Positions 17,359-26,618 of a stretch of 64,000 nucleotides of DNA are shown one piece after another. Below the pieces are notes generated by a model. It was given only the letters and a program-made list of their open reading frames with translations. It searched no databases and was not told the origin of the DNA. Every line of letters begins with the position of its first letter. Position 1 is the first letter of the stretch. The position numbers were made by a program, and so were the translations under genes. Source of the DNA: Gemmatimonadota bacterium (GTDB lineage Bacteria > Gemmatimonadota > Gemmatimonadetes > Palauibacterales > KS3-K002); NCBI GenBank assembly GCA_039586795.1, contig JBDHJS010000032.1:13566-77565 (forward strand). Direction: 5' to 3'.

Positions 17359-18249
17359 ATGGCCGACCCGATTATCCCGCGCGAGTTTCGAAACATGCAA
17401 CGTCCGACGCTAGGCAAAGCGCTGATGCTGGTTCCGGCAGCGGCCGTCATGTTGGTTGCCGTTACGTTGCCATTCTCGTGCACCACCGTTACCGACTACG
17501 AAGTCGCGGTTCTCAAGAACCCCATCACCGGCAACGTTGCGGATCAGTCGAACGGGCAGGGCTTGTACTTCGCGGCGCCGGCCTTCTTCTGGAAGCAGTA
17601 CTCGAAGTACGACACGCGCGAGATTCAGTGGCCGAGTGGTTCTCAGAGCGAGAAAGCGGAGGCGCTGACCGCTGACCAGCTGACGATCAGCATCGATGCT
17701 TCCTATCGCTACCGCGTTTTGCCCGATAAGGTCGTCGATCTCTTCCTGGTGGTAGGCGATATGCGGGCCGTGAACAATTACGTCTACACCTCTTACCGCA
17801 CCGCGCTGCGTGACGCCATCGCCGAGCTAACCGGCACACAGATCCTGTCGACCGAGCGTCTTGGGATTGCGGCGCGGGTGGAGGAGCTGATGGACGAGGA
17901 GCTCGGTCCTAAGGGAATCCAGGTTGTGCGGTTCTTCGTGCGCGAGATCCAACCGCCGGCGACCGTCCGGCAAGCGATCGAGCTCAAGCTGCAGCGCGAG
18001 CAAGAGGTACAGTCGCAGAAGTTCCAGACTGAGATCGTGATGGAGCAGGCCGAACAGAAGCGGCAGGAAGCCTTGGGCATCCGCGACGCGCAGCAAATCA
18101 TCGGCGCAAGCCTGACTTCGGAGTACCTGTCGTACTACTACATGCAAACGCTCCAGATAGTGGGCCAGGACGAAGGTACCGTCATCATTGCACCGACGGA
18201 GGGCGGCAATCTTCTGTTCGACGTACCGACATCACGGCGGAATCAGTAG
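17359..18249 (+). CDS. SPFH/prohibitin/band-7 family membrane protein
   Basis: N-terminal TM segment, ALTADQLTISIDASYRY, VREIQPPATVRQAIE and a C-terminal coiled coil. Confidence 0.9.
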   Translation: MADPIIPREFRNMQRPTLGKALMLVPAAAVMLVAVTLPFSCTTVTDYEVAVLKNPITGNVADQSNGQGLYFAAPAFFWKQYSKYDTREIQWPSGSQSEKAEALTADQLTISIDASYRYRVLPDKVVDLFLVVGDMRAVNNYVYTSYRTALRDAIAELTGTQILSTERLGIAARVEELMDEELGPKGIQVVRFFVREIQPPATVRQAIELKLQREQEVQSQKFQTEIVMEQAEQKRQEALGIRDAQQIIGASLTSEYLSYYYMQTLQIVGQDEGTVIIAPTEGGNLLFDVPTSRRNQ

Positions 18250-18328
18250 CTGATCAGATGCTTGCGTTCCGGGCGCCCCGGCGTGAAGATGTACTGGGGC
18301 GCCCGAACGGATTTCAGGAGGTTCTGGC

Positions 18329-18997
18329 ATGATTACGCGGCTCACACCAAACCGGTTTGTGGTGGCGACCGCGGCGGTCGTAACGCTCTTGTCCTGCAGG
18401 CCCGTGCAGGAAGAGCCCGCCTACGATATTGCTCCAGTACTGATCAATCGCGATGAGATTACGCGCGCCATGCGATCGGTGGGCGCCGGCGTCGAAGCTC
18501 AGGTGATCCTGCTGGTTCGGGTGGACGAGCTGGGCTACGTGCAGGACGTCCGCGTTTCTCAGGGCTCGGGGAGTATCGATCTGGACAATGCGGCGGTGTG
18601 GATCGGCGAGCAGATGCGCTTCGAGCCGGCCCGTTACAACGGCGAGCCTGTGCCAGCGTTGGTGAGCGTGCCCGTGACGTTCGACCTGGTTGAACGAGTC
18701 AGCTATCCGCCGCGGCTGCGCAACGCGGATGTAGTAGCAAGAATGATCGTCAACGAGTACGGTGACGTACGCGGTCGTTGCAGTCTCCGTGTTCATGTCG
18801 GCCCAGAAGGGTGGATCAGGCAGACTCGCGCTCCAGCGGCGACGAACGACGAGGCGCGGTCCGCAGCACAGAGACTGATCGATGAAGTAACGTTTTGGCC
18901 CGGTTACCGAGGCGATTCGCCGATCGCGGGTTGGGTAACGGTGGTCTTCGAGTTTGCGGGCCCCAACTCCCGCATCTTCATCGAGTCTTCCGGTTAG
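18329..18997 (+). CDS. Putative lipoprotein with two TonB C-terminal-like domains
   Basis: LLSC lipobox; VRVDELGYVQDVRVSQGSG..LDNAA..RFEPA..VPVTF, then a second degenerate copy. Confidence 0.75.
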   Translation: MITRLTPNRFVVATAAVVTLLSCRPVQEEPAYDIAPVLINRDEITRAMRSVGAGVEAQVILLVRVDELGYVQDVRVSQGSGSIDLDNAAVWIGEQMRFEPARYNGEPVPALVSVPVTFDLVERVSYPPRLRNADVVARMIVNEYGDVRGRCSLRVHVGPEGWIRQTRAPAATNDEARSAAQRLIDEVTFWPGYRGDSPIAGWVTVVFEFAGPNSRIFIESSG

Positions 18998-18998
18998 A

Positions 18999-20120
18999 TC
19001 ACTCCGACACGGTATCGGGTGCAGCGGTCGGCTTGCTCAGCGGCGGCCTGATCGTTGGCGCGTACCCGGCCAGGAAATCCATCGCGCGCTCCTCAGCCCA
19101 GTACGACGGTCGCCAGGGTAGCGGGCCGGCCACGAACCCCGCGTGGCCACCACGGGGCGTGAATTCCGCGTGAAGCCATTCCGACCTATCCACTATCTTC
19201 CGCGGCAGACTCGATTCAGGGATGAAGGGATCATCGACGGCGCTGATCAGCAGCGTTGGTCGACGTATCTGATCCAGATAATGTTGGGAACTGGATTTCT
19301 GCCAGTAGTCCACCGCGTCCTCGAACCCATGGAGGGGCGCCGTCGCGACATCGTCGTACTGGCGCCAGGTTCGAGCTCGTTCAATAGCCTCAGCGTCTAG
19401 CGTTCCGGGAAACTGCTCCGCTTTTGCCAGAACCTTCGGCTTCAGTGTCTTGAGGAAGAATCGGGTATAGAGACGACCAAGGCCGCGTGACATCTTCTGA
19501 GCTGACGCCTCCAGATCGTAGGGGACGGATATCGCGACGGCGGCCCGTAGCTCATCCACCGCGCGCGTTCCCTCTTCTCCGAGCCATTTGAGGAGAACGT
19601 TCCCGCCTAGCGAGACACCGACCGGGAGTATGGGCGCGCCCGGGTCACGTTTGGCCAGTTCGCTGATGACCCAGCCGAGGTCGCTCGTCTCGCCTGAATG
19701 GTACAGCCGTTGCGCCCGGTTGAGCTGGCCGCTACAGCCTCGGAAATTCATGGCGACGCCACGCCACCCCAGCTCCAATGCCCGCGCTAGCAGCCCGCGC
19801 ACGTATCTTCGCTCGGAGGAGCCCTCGAGGCCGTGAATGACGAGGAGCTGTGGCGATGCGACCGGGCCGTCCGCGAAATCGAGGTCCAGGAAGTCCCCGT
19901 CTGGGGTGGTCCAACGGGCCCGCGTCGTCGGCACCTCGATCTGGGGCCGCAGCAATCGGTTCCAGATTGTCTGCAGATGAGCCCCTCTGATCCACCAGCC
20001 CGGCTGGAAGGGGTGCAAATCCCGGCGCCGGGCTTCGTCTGTCGCCTGTTCGCTCAGCTCTGTAGGGCCGTCACGAGTATCCAAATCGGCATCCGGTGCG
20101 GGCCGCCGGTTATGCGGCAC
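18999..20120 (-). CDS. YheT-family alpha/beta hydrolase (start approximate)
   Basis: HLQTIW, DGDFLDLD, HGLEGSS, NFRGCSG, GVSLGGN, DDPF and GGHAGF. Confidence 0.92.
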   Translation of the reverse strand: MPHNRRPAPDADLDTRDGPTELSEQATDEARRRDLHPFQPGWWIRGAHLQTIWNRLLRPQIEVPTTRARWTTPDGDFLDLDFADGPVASPQLLVIHGLEGSSERRYVRGLLARALELGWRGVAMNFRGCSGQLNRAQRLYHSGETSDLGWVISELAKRDPGAPILPVGVSLGGNVLLKWLGEEGTRAVDELRAAVAISVPYDLEASAQKMSRGLGRLYTRFFLKTLKPKVLAKAEQFPGTLDAEAIERARTWRQYDDVATAPLHGFEDAVDYWQKSSSQHYLDQIRRPTLLISAVDDPFIPESSLPRKIVDRSEWLHAEFTPRGGHAGFVAGPLPWRPSYWAEERAMDFLAGYAPTIRPPLSKPTAAPDTVSE

Positions 20121-20371
20121 GGTGACGATGATGTTCGGTATGGAAACCCAGGCTCGGCGGCAGGGGAGGCTCCAAGCGGGTCTCCGGGCCCGCGGCGGTA
20201 AGGGGCCGCTGGCCCGGGAGTTGCGGCAATTCTCGTGTTTTCTGGAAGTTGCCGCGAACCTGAATATATTGTGGCCGGCTATCGGGTCGCGCCAGATCGG
20301 TGCGGCGAGCTCATTGACCGAACAGAACTCGGGACTGATCACAAGGTCAGCCCAGCGGATAGAGCGTAACG

Positions 20372-23300
20372 GTGATGAAGACGAAGGTGAGAGTCGAATC
20401 TGAATCGCCTCCGATTGGGGCGATCGTCGACGCCATTCAAGCGAGCGCTGATCTCGGCCAGGGACCGGCGCTCAAGTCGTATGCAGAAGAGCTGCTCAGT
20501 CGAGCGGTCCCCGACTTCTTCGCCGATCGGCGCGAAGGCGAGGTCGAGGAGATCGTCACGTCGATGTTCGACATGCTCCAGCGCACGCCACCCGATGAAC
20601 TGGGCGTGCGGGTATATCAGCGCCCGGACTACGGTCACTGGGGCAGCGTCGAAATGGTTGTAAGAGACCGGCCGTTCATCGTCGATACAGTGCGCCAGCT
20701 CCTGACCTCGAAGGGGTTCGAGATTCGCCACCAGTTGCACCCGGTCGTGGTCGTTGAGCGCGATAAAAGCGACGCGATCACCGATGTGCATGAGTGGAGG
20801 AGCGAAGGCGAGCGGACGTCGACGATGTACTGTGAGTTCGAAGGGCATCTGGATAAGGCGATAGTCGAGGCGCTGGAAGCGGAGATCCGGGCCTCCATGG
20901 AGGAGCTGCGGCTCGCCACCAGCGATTTCGAGGCGATGCTGGAGAAGACGGAAGTTGTCATAGCAGCTCTCCACAGCGAAGCCGAGATCAATCCAAGTAG
21001 AGCTGCCGAGTTCGAGGAAGCTGTCGCGTTTCTCGAGTGGCTGAAGAACAACAACTTCGTTTATCTGGGCTACCGGGAGTACGATTTCACCCAGCAGGAG
21101 GATGGGCGTACCTCTGTAACAGTTAGCCGTGGATCGGGGCTCGGGATTCTTCGACGGGAATCGGATTCAGGGGTTTGGGAGCCGAGGCCCGTAGAGGATC
21201 TGCCGGCCGACCTCCGCGCTCGCGTGTTGCATGGTCCGTTGCTCGTCGTATCCAAGACGAACTCGGAGTCTCGCGTTCATCGTCGCGCCAGGATGGACTA
21301 CGTGGGCCTGAAGAAGCACAACGAGCAGGGTGAGGTCGTCGGTGAGCGTCGCTTCCTTGGTCTGTTCACATGGCAGGCCTATTCGGAGCCTAAGGGCAGC
21401 ATCCCGATCCTGAGGGAGAAGCTCCGCGATGTACTGGCTATGGCCAACGTGCCGGAGGGCGCTCACGACTACAAAATGATCCTCGCGCTGTTCAACGAGA
21501 TGCCGCTCGAGGAACTCTTTCTGCTCAGTGCGGAGGACCTGAGTCGACAGATATCCGCGGCGATGGCCACGGAGGGAACCGGTGACGTGCGTGTCGTCCT
21601 TACGCCGGAAGCGTTGGGCAGGGGCGTGAACGTGATGGTGATTCTCCCGAAGCGAAACTACACCGACGAAGTAAGGGGCCGTCTTCGCACGGAGTTGTCG
21701 CGGGCCATGGGCGGAACCATTCTCGATGACCATCTGGCGATCGGCGCCAGCGACGCGGCGCGACTCCATTTCTACATTTCGGCGCCGCCGGAGCGTGTCG
21801 ATTCCGCCGACGTCGATTCGCTGCGAGCGTTGGCCGGCTCCATCGTTCGAACCTGGAAGCAGCGCCTCGCCGACGCACTAGATGAGCGATATGAGGCTGA
21901 AGCCGCTCACCGACTGCAGCGAGCCTACTTCGACTCCTTCTCACCCGCGTATGTCGCCACAGTGGATGTCCAGACTGCGGTCGAGGACATCGCCCGGCTC
22001 GACGCGCTGCAGCAAAGCGGAGTGATGCAGGTTGCACTCGAGGACCACCAGAATGGCGGCCTGGAGGCCACCTCGCTGCGACTGTTCGTCAAACGTGGCT
22101 CGATGATCCTGGCCGACGCCATGCCGGTGCTAGAAAACCTGGGGTTAAGAGTTATCGAGGCCGACGCCATGGATGTCGGGTCCGAAGAAAGTGCGGCCAC
22201 CATTCACAAGTTCGTGGTTCAGGGGCCGGACTCCAGGCGTCTCGATCGCGCAGCGATCGGTGAACGTATGACCGCTACCCTGTGCGCGATCGCCACGATG
22301 CGGACCGACAACGACCAATTCAACGAACTGGTCATAACGGGAGGTCTGTCCTGGCAAGAGGTCTCGGTACTGCGTGCGTACTCGGCTTACGCGTTTCAGG
22401 TGGGTGCGGTGACCAGTCGTCGTGCGGCCCCTGACGCGCTCGCAAACCACCCGGAGTGTGCTCGGCAGCTGATCGACGTATTCCGCACCAAGTTTGACCC
22501 GGGCCTGGAAGGCGATCGCGCTGTTGAGCTCGAATCGTGTGTTGGTCGGTTTCGTGAATGCTTGCAGGCTGTCGACTCGATACTCGACGACCTGACGCTG
22601 CAGCGCCTGCAAAACCTGATCGACGCTACGGTCAGAACGAGTTACTTCCGCAACATCGGGCGTGACCTCAAGTGGCCACGGACCACCTTCAAGTTCGACT
22701 GTGCGGCTATTCAGCAAATGCCAGATCCACGCCCGGCTCGTGAGATGTTCGTTCACGGCCCACGTACGTCGGGCCTGCATCTCCGTTTCGGTCCTGTGGC
22801 GCGCGGTGGTCTGCGATGGAGCGAGCGGCCGGACGATTTCCGCACCGAGGTCCTCGGTCTGGTGAAGACGCAGCAGGTAAAGAACACGGTGATCGTGCCG
22901 AGTGGAGCGAAGGGCGCCTTCTACGTGCGAAAGCCACCGGCGGATCGGTCGCAGATGGAAAGGGCGGTGCGCCAGTCGTACGAAGGGTTCATCGGCGGCC
23001 TGCTCGACGTTACGGACAACGTGGTGAAGGGCAAAGTCGTACATCCACCCGACACCGTCATCTATGATGATGAGGACCCGTACCTCGTCGTGGCAGCCGA
23101 CAAGGGGACGGCCCGTTACTCGGACGTCGCCAATGGCATCGCCGGCGACAACGAGTTCTGGCTGGGCGATGCGTTCGCTTCGGGCGGTTCCCAGGGCTAC
23201 GACCACAAGAAGGAGAAGATCACCGCGCGGGGGGCGTGGGAGTGCGTCCGTCACCACTTCCGCGAAATGGGTATTGATCCCAACGTCGATACTGTAACCG

Positions 23301-25237
23301 TCGTCGGTATAGGTGATATGAGCGGCGACGTGTTCGGGAACGGGATGCTGCTCAGCCGGACGATCAAACTGCTCGCCGCCTTCGACCACCGGCACATCTT
23401 CATCGACCCCGACCCCGATGTCGAGAAATCGTATGCGGAAAGGGAGCGGCTCTTTCAGCTGCCCAGCTCCAGTTGGGAAGACTACGATCGCTCCCTCCTC
23501 AGTCCGGGCGGTGGCATCTTCTCGCGCGGTGCGAAGGAGATACGCCTGTCGGACGAGGCGCGCCAGCTATTCGACATAGACGAACCTGTGGTGAACGGTC
23601 AGACGCTCATCAAAGCAATTCTCCGAGCACCGGCCGACCTGCTATGGAATGGAGGGATCGGCACCTATGTCAAAGCTCCCGACGAGAGGGATGCTGACGT
23701 GGGTGACTCGGGCAACGACGCCGTCCGTATCGACTCCAGCGAACTCCGAGTCAAGGTGGTCGGGGAGGGCGGGAACCTGGGTCTGACCCAGCCCGCGCGG
23801 ATCGAGTACGGATTGGATGGTGGTCACGTCAACACCGACGCCATCGACAATTCGGGTGGTGTTGATATGTCGGACCGCGAAGTCAATCTGAAGATCCTTT
23901 TGCAGCGACTGATGACGCGCAACCAGCTGACCGAAGATCAACGAAACGACCTGTTGGTCGAAGTGAAGGGCGATGTTGCCGAGAGGGTTCTGGCCAACAA
24001 CAGATCGCAGGCGCGCGCACTCAGCCTGGAGCAGCTACGGGCACGCGAGCGCTTAGCAGATTTTAGAGATGCGTCGTATTTCTTGGAGGAGAACGCAGGT
24101 CTACGCCGTGCCCTCGAGTACATCCCAGGTTGGGGCCGCTTGCAGACGCGTAAAGAGGCGGGCAAGTCACTCACACGTCCGGAGCTCGCGGTCCTGCTCG
24201 CCTATAGCAAGATGAACCTGAAGCGGGAGGTCATCGCGTCGAGCTTGCCCGATGACCCGGCACTGCTGCGTTGTCTGCATCGCTACTTCCCGGCCGAGAT
24301 CGCCGGGCGCGTGACAGAAGATGACCTGAAGACGCATCGGCTGGCTCGAGAGATCATCGCGACCGTGCTGACGAACAGGTTCATCGACCTGATGGGCAGC
24401 ACGTTCATTCCGCGCGTCTCCCGTGACACCGGGGCGTCGCCGGCTGCCGTGGCGCGTGGCTGGTACGTCGCCGCGGAGATCATGGGCGCGACTGAACTTC
24501 TCGAGCGTATCGAGCAGGCCAGAGATCGGTTGCCGGCTGAGCAGGAATACCGCTGGTTGCTGGCGCTGGATGGTGTACTCGATCGAACGGTCCGCTGGGC
24601 AGTTGAGAACCTACCCGAGGACGTGGAAGTCGGTGGGGTCATCGAGAAGTTCCAGCGGCCAGTCGCCGAGCTGTGCGACATTCTGCCGTCGATCGTTCAG
24701 GGCTCCCAGCAGGCGGCGTTCGAGGAGACGCTGGCGGAGCTAAAGAGCGGAGGCGTCTCGGAGGAGGTCGCGATCCGGGTGGCGGCGCTCCAGTTCCTTG
24801 AGGATCTCATGGAAGTGGTTCGAATCTCCACGGATGTGAAGCGTTCCGTCGCCGATGTCGGCCGCGTCTACTTCGCGCTCGCCGATGAGATCGATTTCGC
24901 GCTGTTGCTCGAACTACTGAAGATGACACCTGGCGAAGACGAATGGGAACAAAGAGCGGCTCAGGGACTGATTCAGGATCTCGGTCAGGCGCGGCGCAAC
25001 CTGACGCTAGCGGTGATAAGAAAGAGCCGCAAAGGCGCCACTGTAGACGAGCAAGTCAATGAGCTTCGAACCGCGCATGGCCCGCGTTTGGCAGTGATGC
25101 GCGAGTCGCTGGAGGAGCTTCTGACATCTGAGAATATCAACCTGGCTGCGTTGACAGTGGCCACGAGGGAAACGGTTCGCCAGTCGCTGCTGATACTGGA
25201 GGGTCGCGGTAAGCTGACGACCAGCAACGGGAGATGA
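20372..25237 (+). CDS. gdhB: Large NAD-specific glutamate dehydrogenase
   Basis: 1621 aa with ARGGLRWS, GLVKTQQVKN, VVAADKGTA, GIGDMSGDVFGNG and NTDAIDNSGGV. Confidence 0.96.
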   Translation: MMKTKVRVESESPPIGAIVDAIQASADLGQGPALKSYAEELLSRAVPDFFADRREGEVEEIVTSMFDMLQRTPPDELGVRVYQRPDYGHWGSVEMVVRDRPFIVDTVRQLLTSKGFEIRHQLHPVVVVERDKSDAITDVHEWRSEGERTSTMYCEFEGHLDKAIVEALEAEIRASMEELRLATSDFEAMLEKTEVVIAALHSEAEINPSRAAEFEEAVAFLEWLKNNNFVYLGYREYDFTQQEDGRTSVTVSRGSGLGILRRESDSGVWEPRPVEDLPADLRARVLHGPLLVVSKTNSESRVHRRARMDYVGLKKHNEQGEVVGERRFLGLFTWQAYSEPKGSIPILREKLRDVLAMANVPEGAHDYKMILALFNEMPLEELFLLSAEDLSRQISAAMATEGTGDVRVVLTPEALGRGVNVMVILPKRNYTDEVRGRLRTELSRAMGGTILDDHLAIGASDAARLHFYISAPPERVDSADVDSLRALAGSIVRTWKQRLADALDERYEAEAAHRLQRAYFDSFSPAYVATVDVQTAVEDIARLDALQQSGVMQVALEDHQNGGLEATSLRLFVKRGSMILADAMPVLENLGLRVIEADAMDVGSEESAATIHKFVVQGPDSRRLDRAAIGERMTATLCAIATMRTDNDQFNELVITGGLSWQEVSVLRAYSAYAFQVGAVTSRRAAPDALANHPECARQLIDVFRTKFDPGLEGDRAVELESCVGRFRECLQAVDSILDDLTLQRLQNLIDATVRTSYFRNIGRDLKWPRTTFKFDCAAIQQMPDPRPAREMFVHGPRTSGLHLRFGPVARGGLRWSERPDDFRTEVLGLVKTQQVKNTVIVPSGAKGAFYVRKPPADRSQMERAVRQSYEGFIGGLLDVTDNVVKGKVVHPPDTVIYDDEDPYLVVAADKGTARYSDVANGIAGDNEFWLGDAFASGGSQGYDHKKEKITARGAWECVRHHFREMGIDPNVDTVTVVGIGDMSGDVFGNGMLLSRTIKLLAAFDHRHIFIDPDPDVEKSYAERERLFQLPSSSWEDYDRSLLSPGGGIFSRGAKEIRLSDEARQLFDIDEPVVNGQTLIKAILRAPADLLWNGGIGTYVKAPDERDADVGDSGNDAVRIDSSELRVKVVGEGGNLGLTQPARIEYGLDGGHVNTDAIDNSGGVDMSDREVNLKILLQRLMTRNQLTEDQRNDLLVEVKGDVAERVLANNRSQARALSLEQLRARERLADFRDASYFLEENAGLRRALEYIPGWGRLQTRKEAGKSLTRPELAVLLAYSKMNLKREVIASSLPDDPALLRCLHRYFPAEIAGRVTEDDLKTHRLAREIIATVLTNRFIDLMGSTFIPRVSRDTGASPAAVARGWYVAAEIMGATELLERIEQARDRLPAEQEYRWLLALDGVLDRTVRWAVENLPEDVEVGGVIEKFQRPVAELCDILPSIVQGSQQAAFEETLAELKSGGVSEEVAIRVAALQFLEDLMEVVRISTDVKRSVADVGRVYFALADEIDFALLLELLKMTPGEDEWEQRAAQGLIQDLGQARRNLTLAVIRKSRKGATVDEQVNELRTAHGPRLAVMRESLEELLTSENINLAALTVATRETVRQSLLILEGRGKLTTSNGR

Positions 25238-25241
25238 GGAT

Positions 25242-26447
25242 ATGGCCAAGGGCAAGTCGGAGACTGATTGGGGAATCGCGACTCGTGTAATCCACGCGGC
25301 AACCGGTGGCGGCATGGCGGTCGGTCCCGGTGGCGGAGCATCCGTAGCCGCCCCCATATGGCAAACGTCCACCTTCGAATTCGGCAAGCCTGAGGAGGTA
25401 GCGGGCGCAGCAACGGCTACCCAGCCGGAGACGTTCTATACCCGTTATGGGAATCCCAACTTCAGCGCTGTCCAGGAAGCGATAGCTGTCCTCGAGGGTG
25501 GAGATGCGGCTCTGGTGACTGCGTCCGGTATGGCCGCGATCATGTTGGTTTATCTCGGGCTTTTGAAGAACGGGGACCACCTGGTTGCTCAGACATGCCA
25601 CTACGTGGGGACGATGAAGGCGTTGGAGGTCTGGTTGCCTCGCTACGGGATCGAAGTCACCATGGTGGACCAGACGGATCTGAACGCTTTCGCCGACGCG
25701 ATCCGTCCGAACACGCGCCTCATCTATTTGGAGACGCCGACCAACCCAACGCTTACCGTTACCGACATTGCAGGCGTCGCCGGGATCGCCCGGGAGCGTG
25801 GCATCCTGACGTGCCTGGACAACACTTTCGCCACGCCGATCAACCAGCGGCCTCTCGAACACGGGATCGACTTGGTCGTCCACAGTGCAACCAAGTACCT
25901 GGGCGGTCACAGCGACATCACGGCGGGTTTCGTTGTGGGAAGCAACGAGCTAATCGAGCAGCTCTGGTTCGGGCATATCATTCATGGCGGCATCTCGCAT
26001 CCGTTCGAGTCCTGGCTTCTGGGTCGCGGACTTCAGACGCTCCCGTTCCGAGTTGCTCGCCACAACGCGAATGCTGTGGCGATGGCCGAGTTCCTCGAGG
26101 GCCATGCCGCGGTCGAGCGCGTGTACTACCCGGGCCTCGCATCACACCCGCAGCACGAGCAAGCCAAGAAGCAGATGGATGGCTTCGGCGGAATGGTGGT
26201 GTTCGAGCTGGCGGGCGGATTCGATGCGGCCCGTGATTTTGCCGCTCGTATGGAGCTGGCGCGTCGGGCGGTCAGTCTCGGTGGAACGGAGACGCTGGCC
26301 GTACATGCTGCTTCGATGATCCATGCACGGCTCACACCTGAGCAGCGCGCCGCGGCGGGCATCTCTGAGAACCTGATTCGGGTGTCGATCGGGCTCGAGG
26401 ATCCTGAAGATATCATCGCTGATTTCGATCGGGCGCTGACCGGTTAA
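25242..26447 (+). CDS. Cys/Met-metabolism PLP enzyme (methionine gamma-lyase / cystathionine gamma-synthase family)
   Basis: YTRYGNP, ASGMAA, ETPTNP, DNTFATP, SATKYLGGHSD and RVSIGLED. Confidence 0.92.
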   Translation: MAKGKSETDWGIATRVIHAATGGGMAVGPGGGASVAAPIWQTSTFEFGKPEEVAGAATATQPETFYTRYGNPNFSAVQEAIAVLEGGDAALVTASGMAAIMLVYLGLLKNGDHLVAQTCHYVGTMKALEVWLPRYGIEVTMVDQTDLNAFADAIRPNTRLIYLETPTNPTLTVTDIAGVAGIARERGILTCLDNTFATPINQRPLEHGIDLVVHSATKYLGGHSDITAGFVVGSNELIEQLWFGHIIHGGISHPFESWLLGRGLQTLPFRVARHNANAVAMAEFLEGHAAVERVYYPGLASHPQHEQAKKQMDGFGGMVVFELAGGFDAARDFAARMELARRAVSLGGTETLAVHAASMIHARLTPEQRAAAGISENLIRVSIGLEDPEDIIADFDRALTG

Positions 26448-26524
26448 CTCAATACTCAACACCTAACACCTAACGCTCAATGTCCAAGTGATGATTGAGC
26501 GTTAGTTGTTAGGTGTTGAGCATT
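26447..26524. repeat. Palindrome built from degenerate heptamer units; may act as terminator
   Basis: ACTCAAT ACTCAAC ACCTAAC ACCTAAC GCTCAAT, a 12-nt loop, then ATTGAGC GTTAGTT GTTAGGT GTTGAGC ATT. Confidence 0.9.
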
Positions 26525-26535
26525 ATATTTCGCCG

Positions 26536-26565
26536 TTGACACCGGTCGGGCTACCGCCGTACAGT
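26536..26565 (+). promoter_or_regulatory. Sigma70-type promoter for the tricorn gene
   Basis: TTGACA-N18-TACAGT. Confidence 0.6.
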
Positions 26566-26618
26566 CACTCGCTGCCAATCATCATCCAGGAACTCACCAA
26601 ATGATGGATGAACCGACC

